A stretch of DNA of 63,001 nucleotides, filler included, from Octopus bimaculoides (Eukaryota): the NCBI RefSeq assembly GCF_001194135.2. It is 5 parts of 5 records of this genome, joined end to end, with 100 filler letters (N's around TTAATTAATTAA, not from the genome) between each part and the next. Parts side by side here need not be neighbours in the genome. Positions count along the whole stretch, not along the records: positions 1 to 29,067 come from NC_068982.1; 4 more parts are not named here. One strand, given 5' to 3'. Below the pieces are notes generated by a model. That model saw only the letters and a program-made list of their open reading frames with translations. It was not told where the DNA came from and searched no databases. Numbering within the stretch: position 1 is the first letter of the stretch; each line of letters opens with the position of its first letter. The position numbers were made by a program, and so were the translations under genes. Positions 1 through 12,427 of the stretch are shown here, one piece after another.

Positions 1-267
1 ATGTGGAATCTAAAAACAGAAACAATTCCTATCATAGTAGGTGCCTTATGTATAATAAAAAAATATTCAGACAAATACATAACAAAAATACCAGGACTTA
101 CAAATATATATAACATACAGAAAATTGCACTATTGGGTACTGCACACATTCTACGCAAAACACTTTCAATACAGTAAACATAAGAGCACCACAGCAAACC
201 ACAGCACATACCCAAGGCGCACAGACCTGCGCTCGGTAGTGAAGTGAAAGCACGTTATAAAAATTAA
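1..267 (+). mobile_element. 3' end of R4/Dong-type (RLE endonuclease) non-LTR retrotransposon: ORF C-terminus 1-177 plus 3' UTR
   Basis: 1-177 translates MWNLKTETIPIIVGALCIIKKYSDKYITKIPGLTNIYNIQKIALLGTAHILRKTLSIQ*, matching the PIVVGALG...IQKxALLGTAxILRK terminus of RLE-clade LINEs; followed by trinucleotide repeats. Confidence 0.8.
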
Positions 268-325
268 CAACTGCAGCAGCTGCAACAACACCGATGGCGG
301 CAACAGCAAGGACGACGACGACAAG

Positions 326-397
<72 letters not shown>

Positions 398-440
398 AAT
401 AATAATGATGATGATGATGATGATGATTATNNNNNNNNNN

Positions 441-511
<71 letters not shown>

Positions 512-560
512 AAGAAAGAAAGAAAGAAAGAAAGAAATAAAGAAAGAAAGGAAAGGAAAA
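268..560. repeat. Compound trinucleotide microsatellite (CAA/GAC, TTA, GAT, TAA, GAA) with a 10-N gap
   Basis: Directly visible; explains ORFs 98..577, 294..593 and 393..581. Confidence 0.95.
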
Positions 561-729
561 CTTACAGGAATTGCCATCCATGTAAATGAATAATGCTTAT
601 CAGTGTCACTGTAAGTGACATATCTGAAGCCATTAACAAAATAGCGTCTGGAAGAAAGTGTATATGAAGAAATGAATTATGAAACAGACAGCAATATGTT
701 ATATTTATTGTATGTATGTGCATATACTT

Positions 730-845
730 TTCTCTGTATACACACATACATCTATCAAAATTTAGAAAGTGAGGTATAACAGGGACTTAGAAGTTTCATC
801 TCTTACCCTCCGTCCAGAGGCTTATATATATATATATATACATAC

Positions 846-920
<75 letters not shown>

Positions 921-1011
921 CCTCTGGACGGAGTGTAAGAGATGAAACGTCTAAGTCCCTGTTATACCTCACTTTCTAAATTTTGATAGATGTATGTGTG
1001 TATACAGAGAA
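730..1011. repeat. Near-perfect inverted repeat (~95-bp arms) centred on a (TA)n/(TACA)n tract; third diverged arm copy at ~1145-1215
   Basis: Left arm ttctctgtatacac...ccgtccagaggctta is the reverse complement of the right arm taagcctctggacg...tatacagagaa, with two visible mismatches. Confidence 0.9.
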
Positions 1012-1088
1012 CACACACACACACACAAACACACACAAGCTCCCCCACACGCATGCACACACAGGCACACACACACACAGTAACACAG

Positions 1089-1132
<44 letters not shown>

Positions 1133-1229
1133 GCACGTACGTCTATTAAATTTTAGAAAGTGAGGGATGACATGGGCTTCGAAGCTTTCCCTCCTAACCT
1201 CCGTCCGAAGGCTTTCTTTCAAGTATCAT

Positions 1230-2400
1230 GCGATGCATCACCTGTGGTAGTGGACGTTGTTGCTTAATAAACCTCTTTGATATGGTGCTTGTATGCCCCT
1301 CGCCTACTAGAGTAATGTCAATAAGCGTTAATCTTTTAGGTAACACCAAATTCAATATCTTCTACTCGATATTGGTCTGAAATTGTCAAAATCGTCCAGG
1401 AACAGCTTTCTCAGTACCATCAACAAACCTCATTTGTTAACAATTGGGATTCTCCAGTCCTGATACAAGTTTCAGAATACATATGTCCATTGACTCCCTA
1501 ACAAATCGATCATATAAAGTGATAGCTTGAAGGGCATACATCCATTTCCGGCGATTTCTCCTTCGTGCAGCCTGCCATCATTTTCTTCACCTAATCAACT
1601 GCCATTGACCTTTTGCACAACAACATATCCACGTCCGTGTCCCGGCTGGCCGTTTAGGTAATGATAAGGATCGTCCCTGTCTTCATCCCACCGATCATTC
1701 ACAACAAATAAGCAAAGTAACAATGAAAAATCGTACACATCTATTTGGAATCGAGAAGCAAGTGGCTATCTGGCACCATCAAAGACCGAACGGCTGTCTT
1801 GTTTCCATGTTATACTACCGCCACTCGGGACCACTGAATAGTATTCGTTTCCTCATGCTCTATAGTACTTGCCCACAGCTCTGGCCTCACCACTTTTGTG
1901 CTTACCTTTAAGATTTAGACAAGGGCCGATCCCTTTGCCCGCCCATCAATCGCTACCCGCTGAACAAAGACATTTTCTCCATTACTACCTAGCTCTCTCT
2001 CAAATCTATAATTCCCTATCACTAATGTTTTTACTAACGCTTAGCGATTATATTGTAATAGACTTTTTCAAGCCTAACGATCCCATGAGCGTTCTTTTCG
2101 ATATATTTTAAATCTGATTCCTGTAATCCTGGCGCGTTGTAAAGGTGTGTTTAGTTTTTAGCTGTCAGGTCACTGACTATGCAGTCTGTCTAGGTCAATC
2201 GTACGCGCTACAAATTTGTGGTCTGTGTAGCTGATGATGTTGAAATGTGGATAACATGCGATGTCTCTGTTTTCTAGTCTATAGAATACACCCTCCTTAT
2301 ACGATCTAACTGACTCGATGATGTTTGCCCACGGACATACTGACGCATTCAGGAATTCAACGGGTTTCTGTGACTGAGTAGTTTTGCGAGGCATTTAAAC
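1230..2400 (-). mobile_element. Decayed Tx1/L1-type LINE ORF2 relic (end of APE endonuclease, linker, start of RT)
   Basis: Minus-strand frames give ...DDFDNFRPIS and KILNLVLPKRLTLIDITLVGEGHTSTISKR (RT N-terminus, ~1260-1420) and ...CYPHFNIISYTDHKFV (SDH motif of APE, ~2200-2260); many stops and frameshifts. Confidence 0.7.
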
Positions 2401-4734
2401 CCACTTTCATGTCAGCTAGAACAACAGACTCGTATCCAAGATAAAGCTCCCGTCGCCCACATACATAAAATAGCACCCCTTTATAGGGAAAAGTTCCAGG
2501 CATTTGAAGCTATCTAGCTGCTCTGTCCTAGTCAGGTCATACACGGTGACTAGCCTAAAGGACACTTACACTACTGTTCAAACCCAGAAACACCAGCTCA
2601 GCGCCCACGCCCAGGAAAGTCGACCGCGTTTCGAGGTCAAGAAACAGTGCAACCGTCTCACCAGAGCATTTCGTGTACAGAAGCAGATATTGTTCTATTT
2701 TGGGACGACCATTTTTTTTTTCATGCCAAATAATTACAGGCACTCTGTATTCGTTCTTCACTTTAGTTTTATTATTATTCTAAATTTTATGTTCGTTGTC
2801 TGGAAATCTTTCGTCACATATTATGTTACCACTTCAACGTCTCTCCATCCCAAGTGTCTCCTCCTGTTCAAGAGAACAGGAGGAGACATGTGGGATGGAG
2901 AGAAAGGATATAAAATAAGAATTCAAAAGTAAGAAGGAATACGTAGTGCGTGTATTTATATAGCAAGAGAAAAGAATGACCATCCCAAAATATGACGAAG
3001 TTTATATAGATTCTGTTTTAAATTCATTTAAAGAAACCGTATTTTATGAATTTATCTATACCATGACCTTCTTGTAAACATGGTACAGGCTTATGTTAAA
3101 AACAAAAATGATAATTTAAGACAACTGCAATACACGTATTTTGATGGACGCTAACATTGAATGAAATGGGTGCATTTATTTCCTGTTGTTAGCAATAAAT
3201 AAATGTTGCTCCATAAACGAACAAAATTTTTGATGCTAAGAACACATATTCTTGCAATATCATCACTTTTAATGTAATATCGTATACGGAGCAGTAAACT
3301 TGAAATTTGTCTGATAAAGTTAGCTACGGAATCAGTTATATGACTGGAAAAAAAAAACGTTACGAGGTACACCGTGTGTCATGAACGCTGTATTAAAGTC
3401 AGCAATGTTAGCACGAATACCATTATAACTAAGTAGCAATCTGATTCAGTAAGCAACAGAGCAGTATCAGCAATACTATGATATAATGGCTACTGCAGTA
3501 GCTAGAGCAGCTGAAATATCTGCAGCAGTAGCAGGTAGGTGCAGTAGAAGCATATGTTTTTATATAACTGTATTCAACTGATGCAGCGCACAGATTTTGC
3601 CGACCAATGGAACTACTATTTACATCGGTTTGCAACTCTAGCTTTAGCAATCGTACGATGTAGTAGTGGTACATAACATCCAATCTGACTCAACTAGACA
3701 TTGGCATGTGGCTGCAGCCTAATTGATACAACTACCAGGGTAGTAATGCATTCATCGTCAGCAATTATAATGACCTAAACTTAGTGTAGTCGTATCTGAA
3801 CCGATAGCATCTGCTACGATGACAGTAACGCTAATGACACGGCTCAGACCTATTAACTGTTTTAAATATTAGTCTTAAGTTTTTTAGTTCAAATCCCATC
3901 GGAGTTGATTTCTCTTATCAGTTCTTAGATATCGTTAAATATACCTTCTACTTGCTGCGGTGTTAATAATAACTAGCAACGTATTATTATTTTCTTAGAT
4001 AATATGAAAAATAATCTTCGTTCAAAGAAATCATTATATGCACAAACATATTTTTTTTAAATGTATATTCATATGTTGCAACACTAGCATTGCTTAATTA
4101 TGCAGTTGCTAGGGTTACATTTTATTATTTCGACATGAACACAACATTATGGCATCAGAGTTAATATTAAAGGGGTTATATCACATTAAAAATGCATCAG
4201 CATACCGATAGATCAAGAAGACCAAGGAAACGGAAACAATTTTTAAATTCATTTCTTTTATTTGTGATTGTATGCGTGAAGGTTTTCCAGGGATTTTCTT
4301 GCCAAGATATTACAGATATATACTTTATATTTATCGTAAATACAGTGTTGTAAATATTATCTACTAACGAATCTATCGTAATAGATAACTATGCCCGACA
4401 GTGTAAGTATACAATATTACTGGTTACAAGAAGAAGAGGACAATGAAAGCGAAGGTGTTCGTTGATATTCGTATAGTGGAATATCTTGAAGCCTGTAACC
4501 TGTCTCCAACGCAACATATTCAAAATATTTCACACACGCAATTAGACACACATGCACCTGTATGTGCCTTTTCAAACAACAGCATGCATTATAGGAGCTA
4601 AAATAAATTTAATGAAGTTAAGCCTTACAAACTGTAGACTAAATATATAAAATTTATCTGCCTGACTGTCTTATTATCTATCTATGTGTGCGCACACATA
4701 CATACTCGTACGTGCTTTCAAGCATGCATACATA

Positions 4735-4749
4735 CATACATTCATACAT

Positions 4750-4807
<58 letters not shown>

Positions 4808-4822
4808 ATAGATAGATAGATC

Positions 4823-4886
<64 letters not shown>
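4735..4886. repeat. (CA)n followed by (GATA)n microsatellite
   Basis: Directly visible. Confidence 0.95.
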
Positions 4887-4887
<1 letters not shown>

Positions 4888-5908
4888 ATGGTTAAATATT
4901 ACATAAGCGCAGAAAAATCAGGGGTGTAAGTAAAAATTATGAGTGCCTTTTTTTGTCTTTTAACTTTTTCTCGGTGATACAAATGTGCGCTGTATTTATA
5001 AAAATGAACCACTGCAGTTAAATCACATGGCTTTTAACTCCTCTTTTAGCCACCTCAGAAATAGAGCTATTTGAAGATTTTCATAATTCATTATCGCATC
5101 ATCAGTGATCGGTTACTCATTTCTTTTCATTGAGAGAATAGCAGTCTCTAGTTACATTCACATAATGTCATACAGATAGAAAGGTTTTGTATAATTTGCG
5201 TATGTGTAATTGTGTAATTTGCGTATAAACGATTAATAAAATCACTACAGAGCAGTAGTGTAAATAGGAATATCCGGTAACATAACGAGACTTGTTTCAA
5301 TTTAAATAAACGCAATTTTCGCGTTTCTTTACAAAACCACAAATTTTTCTTAGCAATGTCAAAAATAGGTCTACCTGACTAGGTCAAACGATTATATTGA
5401 TTACAGTCGCAAATTAGATAGTCCAATCTAATTGTGTTCTTGTTTGGTTTGCATAAAACAAATGAGTATAACTGATATTCTCTCCACAGGCAGAAATGAC
5501 AAAGTGATGCATGGTAAATCGTTAACAAAATTTGAAGCAATTCACTTTCTAGCGCAGGAAAGAGCTAGCGAGACAGAGACAGAGAGAAGTTTCCTCACAT
5601 TACTACTCATCATAAAGCGATTTAGTGCATGTATTTATTAATTAATATACATTTAGTGTCTAAGCACGTTTATGAAATCTATGCAGGCCGATTTCGTATG
5701 TTCTTGATTTGTATGATCTATTAAGAACTACTTGACTCGTGAAGAAAAGATTTTCAGTTTTCTGATGAATAGTTTAGGGAATAGGGAAACTACATCAGTC
5801 ATTCTTTTTTTATGGAGACAGAAGTAAAAGATCGTCCTTGAACTATAGTACTGAGTGTTTATTTGAAGAATATATACTTTAATATTTTGCGTTTGCATAT
5901 TTACTCAC

Positions 5909-6006
5909 CCTACTGCTGTGTGGGTACCTGTTAAATCTTTGTCATAAATTATACATCGGTAACAACGTTCATCAGTATATGTAGCCCAAAATATATATTG
6001 TGCCCG
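5909..6006 (-). CDS. Candidate internal exon (98 nt, phase 0 to 2), peptide RAQYIFWATYTDERCYRCIIYDKDLTGTHTAVG
   Basis: caacag| acceptor, strong AGG|gtgagt donor, open frame; YIFW...DLTG loosely resembles a YWTD propeller blade; no homology search done. Confidence 0.25.
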
Positions 6007-7339
6007 CTGTTGACAATTATGAATAACTGATCACTAATCAGACATCAACAATCTTTGAGTCATGCAAAATTGATATAATAGACTTGATGTAGAAATAACA
6101 CCGTGATTTTACCATGGTATCTGTTTTCAGAGAGAGGTTGAAATTAATTATCATGCAAAAATGAAGTAACGAGCTTCAAATAGTAAGTTTATTTAATATA
6201 CTTCTACTTATCCCATCACTCGGTTGGGCTTCTATAGAATTGTTCATTCAATCTACCTATGCTTGCACTTGCTCTAAAATTTGACTAACAAATCTTGTTC
6301 TGTCCGTGCTTGTGTATAGTATAATCTATAAATTGTCATTACCTATGTGGCCAGAAATCTGTATCCAGTGTTTGATGGAGTAAATGAACTTGGAAAGTAA
6401 AGGGAGAGATGATTTTCTTGCAACAAAACAACAGTGTCTTCTATTAACAGTGACGCTTATAATATGTTCACCGAAAAACAATTATGGTAAGAGAATTTAT
6501 TTGCTATTGCTTATGATGCGCCAGATGTGCAAGTAAAGGAAATGGGTAACCAGATGTGTCAAATATACAAAGTTGATTGGTGTTGCATACCAAAGTAGAC
6601 TGTATAGGACACTCACATGATCTTCTCGAATTTACTACTTTCTCACTGTCCGCAGCCTGGATTTTCAATGAACAAATATAAAATATCATTAAAAAATACA
6701 CACTAGAACGCGCTATTTTTAAAGGTAAGTACATGGTTATGTTTGAAATGCTTTGCATTCTACGTGATCAGAAATGACTTGTTGTGAAATGATAAGCGAA
6801 ATATTAAGAACATAGCAGTTATGTAATAAAATAGAGTCGCATTAACTGCAGCGATTGTAGGAAAACAATGTTAAAAACATGTCGAAAAATATCGATAATG
6901 TTGTGTTGAACGTAGAGCATAAAGGATTAGCACATAGTTATTTGCCTATTGCCTGATAGTAACATATTGTTGGAAACCGATTTCGTTGCAATAAGAAGCA
7001 TATTAGTTGTTAGTTGCTTACACCAGTTTTCGATTAACTGCGGCAAAAGAGATGTCCAAGATTTTTTCCTTTGTGTTGACATAATATCTTTAATGATATA
7101 ATATCTATATCGACTTAAAGCAAAGATACTTGAAACAAGTCCCTTGTGGAATTTTCCTGTGAGTTAACGCTTGCGAATCCACCACTTCAAATAGGGTTGC
7201 ATATCGTAAATTTATCTTCCTAATATTTTTTTTTATTCTTTTTAGTATATTTATTATACATTTCAATTCTCAGAGATCTCAGTTTCACTTGCTCCAGCTA
7301 GTTCTGTGAGAGAGGACAACAACCTGTCTAACATGGTTT

Positions 7340-8030
7340 CTTGCACGATACTTGACATCCAAAAGCCAGTCTTAAAATCCTCGCTATCCCCAATAAAGCT
7401 AATTTTTTATCATGTTCTATCTTTATATCCACCCCGGTTTCTCCAACAAACTTCTCGAACCTGATTCTTACTGCTCCTAATTCCCCTAGAACTACTTGCA
7501 TGACAGCTACTTTCCTCGTTGCTCACAATCTTCTCCAGTTCGTTATCATCCACTCGTACATTCTCAGGTATGGCAATATCTATGCCTTTGGCTTCCTCCT
7601 TCATCTATCAGCAACAACAATGCCTGTCTCCAAGCAAAAATCACTGAATCACACTGGATTGTAAAATTCTATGTCATAATCATTAATCTCGATGACACGT
7701 TCTAGTTTATGTTCGTGCCATTTCCATGTCCTTGCAAGACCGTGTTACACATTCAATCACCAATGAATATACCTATCTATGTTATCATGCTTCCTTTTGT
7801 AATCATTTTGTGCTAATTTGCTCCACTCACTCACGGTATGCGGGACTCTTTCATTTATCATGCTACACGTCTTACAAAGAAGTAATTCAATACTCTATTT
7901 ATCTGAGCTTGTTCTTGAGCACTGCATATTAATGCCTCGATGTATCCGTTTAGATCACATTCCTTCCCTTTTCAGTTGTCAATCTTTGTTCTTCATCTTG
8001 CTTCTTGTTGTTAAGGTAGTGGGATTGCAG
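7340..8030 (-). mobile_element. Decayed, 5'-truncated R4/Dong-type LINE: CCHC zinc knuckle and RLE endonuclease region
   Basis: Across frameshifts: EALICSAQEQ...LCKTC...HTVSEWSKLAQNDYKRKHDNI, GIDIAIPENVRVDD, QVVLGELGAV...KLALLGIARILRL. Confidence 0.8.
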
Positions 8031-8146
8031 AAACATTTACGCGTCAAAGGAAATCTAGGTCATTAGAATAAAGTATCAGTCAAGGTTCAGGGACACTGTA
8101 TAAGATTTATCTCACTTGGAAACTACTATCCATTAGAAAATATTGA

Positions 8147-8285
8147 ACATCGTCTTCGTCATCATCATCACTGTCATTATCACCATCATTGTCATTGTCA
8201 TCATCATCATCATCGTCGTCGTCGTCGTCGTCGTCATCATCATCATCATCATTATCATCATCATCATTATTATCATTATCATTAT
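8147..8285. repeat. (CAT)n/(CGT)n trinucleotide microsatellite
   Basis: Directly visible; explains the poly-D/M/I ORFs. Confidence 0.95.
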
Positions 8286-8499
8286 AAAATATCTTAATGA
8301 AAAAAAGAAGCAAACCCCAAAAGGACTTTCCAATGGAACATCAAAATTTCATAGAGATTTAGGCACGAGGTCTATGGAACTACGAACTGAATAAGCAGCC
8401 AGTTTCTGCTTCTGTGTCTTTTCTACCAACGTGTTGACTCTGTGTGAACATGGACAAATGGCATTTTATAATCCAGCTCGTAATTTGTTAGAATATTTT

Positions 8500-8730
8500 G
8501 TTGGTCAGTACGGTAGGGTGTAGACAATTTCCTCATTTTAAGGGTATCGCGAATGGCCTGATTGAAGCCCAGCCTTCCGAGATCTTTAACAGGGCTTAGA
8601 AAAACTGAAGGACAGCTACAATAAGTGTGTGAATCTGATAGGGGGATATGTTGAATAAAATCATAATTTACTGATTCTCGTGTTCTTTCTTTTACTCAAA
8701 GCCAGGAACTTTTCAGCACCTCCTCCTAGT
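8500..8730 (+). mobile_element. 3' end of a mariner transposon (transposase C-terminus and right TIR)
   Basis: QGLEKLKDSYNKCVNLIGGYVE* is a mariner C-terminus; followed by TIR-like caaagccaggaacttttcagcacctcctccta. Confidence 0.7.
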
Positions 8731-10161
8731 TATGGCAGAGTAGAGGTTGTCCGTAGTTCAAAATACTTTGCTGCACAGAGCGTTAATTTGTGATCTGTAC
8801 AGCCGTCATAGATAGAATTCTTAGCTTTAAATAATGATGTAAATCCATTTAAATTGTTTTAGGAAAAAATACTGATATACCATAAATTTTGAGGTTCTTT
8901 GATTCTATCAGTAACCCGTTCATCATATTGCATGAACTTCATATTGCAAACTTTCGTTATGGAGGAAATACAACAACTGGTACTAAGCTCAGTTTAACTG
9001 ACTGTCAATTTCCCAATAATTTGTTATATGCAAATGAAGAAGAAGTGCTTTTCTTATTTTATTATCGGAAATCGGTTTCATAGATGTGTTTCTCTTCGGA
9101 TTTACTTATGTTATATTTAAGATGCATAATAAGTGTTCGTTTAACTTCTAAATTCACTAATAATTTGATCAATAAAGTCACGAAATATCCTTAACTAAAA
9201 TTTGTTTACGTAAAATAACAAGAATGCTGTAACATCTTTCAGAACAGAAAAAAAAAATCTCATTCCATATGAAAGATATGAATGATCTTTATTGAAGTAA
9301 TTGCAAATATGCTGTTTTTTTTTGTTTATCTATGTTTTCCTTCGTATAGGAATTACGTTTTAAATATGAGCGGGAGCAGATGTCATAATGCAATTTAGTG
9401 TAATGGGAATTGTAAATTTGAAAATAGCCACATACACTTTTTATCATACATTTTCTGAATAAGTATTTTTCGCATATTTTTATTATTTTTTAAGACTTAT
9501 ATTATTGCTGATATGGATGGGATCTGTGTTTATTTGGGCTGTTTATATAATTGTTTACGTATTATATTTCTTTATCTAATACATAATTTACCTATGTTTA
9601 TATTTTTGAATATTTTCTTCAAAAGCTTATATGAACATCCGATGAAATATAAAATTGTATGGGAATACAACACCAGAAGATCCTTAAATAAACAAGACAT
9701 AATCAAGCGCATGAACAAACCAAATGTCTTTGCAACCTGGAGTACAAATTTTCCAAGTTATTCTTCTTTTTTAAGATAGTAATACCCAGTATGAGGAAGA
9801 TTTGGCCACTATTTCATGTAGGATAAAAAAGCAAGTCATAAAATATTACATCGGTTGTTTTAGCTAGCCTTTACTTGTTTGCAGGTCGAGAGTAATGTGG
9901 AGTGTAAGATTCTGTTTAATTTTAAATTCCTCAAAGGTGTGAGTCCATTTCTGCGTAAAAAAGAAAATATGCCTGAAGTAAATATATCTTTAGTAAAGCG
10001 GGACATTGATTAGTAAGCGCATGGTGACATTCAGTTTGACGGACAATATCATTTGGAATGAATGTTTCTGGCACATTTGACACATTAGAAGGAGTACAAC
10101 TAAATGATAGTTAGCAGAACCAGAGGAATTATTCATCTTCGACCATGATAGTTCTACTCAC

Positions 10162-10323
10162 GTACACCACATGGTACTTGGTGTGGAGACACACAGAAGC
10201 AGTCTGCGGTGGGTGGAGGATGACGCCAACAACCTTACTGACGTCCAAAGACCTTTTGTTCAGACAACAGGTTAAGCGAGGCAGTTGGAGATAATCTTTG
10301 AATAGAACAGACAATGACGACAT
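10162..10323 (-). CDS. Candidate first coding exon of a minus-strand gene (MSSLSV...YHVVY, or accATG MWC at 10172)
   Basis: AC|gtgagt donor at 10161-10156; ATG at 10323 gives a 162-nt open phase-0 exon; second ATG in good Kozak context; preceded by a (CT)n/(TG)n tract; product unrecognised. Confidence 0.22.
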
Positions 10324-10344
10324 ACAACGGACACCGACAATGAA

Positions 10345-10383
10345 ACACACACACACATATATATAGAGAGAGAGAAAGGGAGG

Positions 10384-10420
<37 letters not shown>

Positions 10421-10452
10421 GGAGAGAGAGAGAGAGAAAGAGAGAGAGAGAT
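10345..10452. repeat. (CA)n/(TA)n/(GA)n compound microsatellite
   Basis: Directly visible. Confidence 0.95.
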
Positions 10453-10701
10453 GTGAGAAATGAATACATGGACAAATATAGACAGTATTTAGAGGTAAAC
10501 AGTCTGTGAAACGTGGACGAGACAGTTGTAGTAATGTATATCAAACAATGATTGTAACAACAATACATCCTTATTATATATTACTTTCAATATCACTTTT
10601 GTAAGAAGTCTCGATTTACTTCCATAAAGAGCTGAAAACACACACACACACACGCATAAACACACACAAAGACACATGCGCTCATGCGCGCAAAAACGCA
10701 A

Positions 10702-10733
<32 letters not shown>

Positions 10734-11419
10734 ACATATATAATATATATATGGGGAATATCATATTTTTATGCATATTTCTTTAAATACATGAATTATA
10801 TTTAAAGTTTGATCTTTTTGTAATAGAGATCTTTTATTTACTTGTATATTTACTTACTTTTTTCAGTTGTACTGGATCACTAGAAATCTTCAATCCACAA
10901 TTTCTAGTTCTTCCCACTTCATTTTAAAGAACTGAAATGAATAATTTGGCATTTGTGGTGTTTCTCATAATCGTTTAGCCTTTATCACCAAAAGATTTTT
11001 AACCGTCAATAGTATGCATCAACAATCACGCGATGATTTGCTTGCTGCGGTCAAATAAAATATATAAGATTGAAAACCTAACGGTCAAGACTTTACTCAT
11101 GCTATCAATACAAAACATGGTGATACATGGTGCTAACATTCTAAACACTTTTGGCGGGACGTCTACAGAAATTAAATCAGTGTGCGGGAAACAATACATA
11201 CATATATATATATCCAAATAAATCTTTGAAAGTTTGGCTCTGCAACTCTAGAAACGTTGGATATAGGTTTAGGAGCTCTTAGTTGTTAACCATATGTAAA
11301 AACTAATTAGAAAATATCTTAAATAAAACATATAAAGGTTGATCTTTACACCGTATGTAATGAAACATGCAAATTGTATATTTGTAAGTATATGTATCTA
11401 TGCGTGCACTTAATGCGAT

Positions 11420-12393
11420 CCTCAAGTATCAGTATGCTGACCGACGTCGTATAGTAAAGTCGTTCTGTACTGCCAAGTAGTTTGTCTTTGTTTTACAGTG
11501 CTTCTTACTCGTTCGTCAATCTTTGCGATGGCTGAAACGAAGTAACAACGTGTTTCCGTGAAATCTTGTTTTTTGCTGGGAAAATGGCGGCCGAAATAGT
11601 TGTCATGCTTCCAACAGCTTATAAAGACGCTGTCATGAAAAAAACCAGAAGATTACAAGTTTTCACGCTTTAAGAATGGTCACTTGTTGCTTGAACCTAC
11701 TGAACGAATGAAAACAACACAAAAATTCATGAACTGATCTTTGAGGGCCGTCGCCAAACAATTGACCGACTTGCTTATATGAGTAGTGTGTCCTGCAGCT
11801 CCTGCCAACGAATTTTCAGTTGGAATTGCGATGCTGATTTGTTTCATCGATGCAAAAGGAGTTGTGTACACATAATTTGTTCGTCCTGGTCAAACTGTTA
11901 ACCAGGCATTTTACTTGGCAGTTCTGAAGCGTTTGCAGGACGCAGTGAAATGAAAACGCCCCGACCTGTGGCAAAGTGGAGAGTAGTGGTTTGTTCACGA
12001 CAATGATCCTATGCATACTGCCTTGAATGTGAGACAGTTTTTCCAGAAAATATGATATCGCTCCGCTTACCAACCGTCTCTATTCACACGATAGTGCTCC
12101 TTGCTCCTTTCCTGAATGAAAGAAGTCTTTACAAAAAAAAAAAAAAAAAAAAAAGACAACAACTTTTTACAGATGTGGAAGAGGTAACGAAAAAAAAAAG
12201 AACTAAACGACGGAGATGTTAAGAAGCATCACTTCGCAAGAGTTCCAAAAATGCTTTGAAGAGTGGAAAACGTGTCTGGCCCGATTCATTGCTTCAAATG
12301 AAGAATATTTTGAAGGCAATAAAAGTGTAAACATGGAAAATTAACTGAATAACATAATATTGCAAAAACTTGTTTCTTATGGTACCTTCCCGC

Positions 12394-12396
<3 letters not shown>
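11420..12396 (+). mobile_element. Internally deleted, decayed mariner (DD34D-type) element; transposase pseudogene ~11528-12344
   Basis: MAETK*QRVSVKSCFLLG..., MLICFIDAKGVV...GQTVNQAFYLAVLKRLQDAV..KRPDLW...HDN, QEFQKCFEEWK...IASNEEYFEG; TIR-like ...ggtaccttcccgcgta running into (TA)n. Confidence 0.85.

Positions 12397-12427
<31 letters not shown>

Noticed and set aside
3380-3700. A/S/T/C-rich ORF 3429..3683
   Set aside because: Degenerate CAG/TAG trinucleotide low complexity
6330-6400. RNase H-like WIQISGHIGND on the minus strand
   Set aside because: Too short and immediately stopped; no supporting flanking motifs
9590-9737. Open minus-strand segment VAKTFGLFMRLIMSCLFKD... between AG and gtaaat
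   Set aside because: Low-complexity AT-rich hydrophobic peptide typical of spurious frames; no recognisable motif
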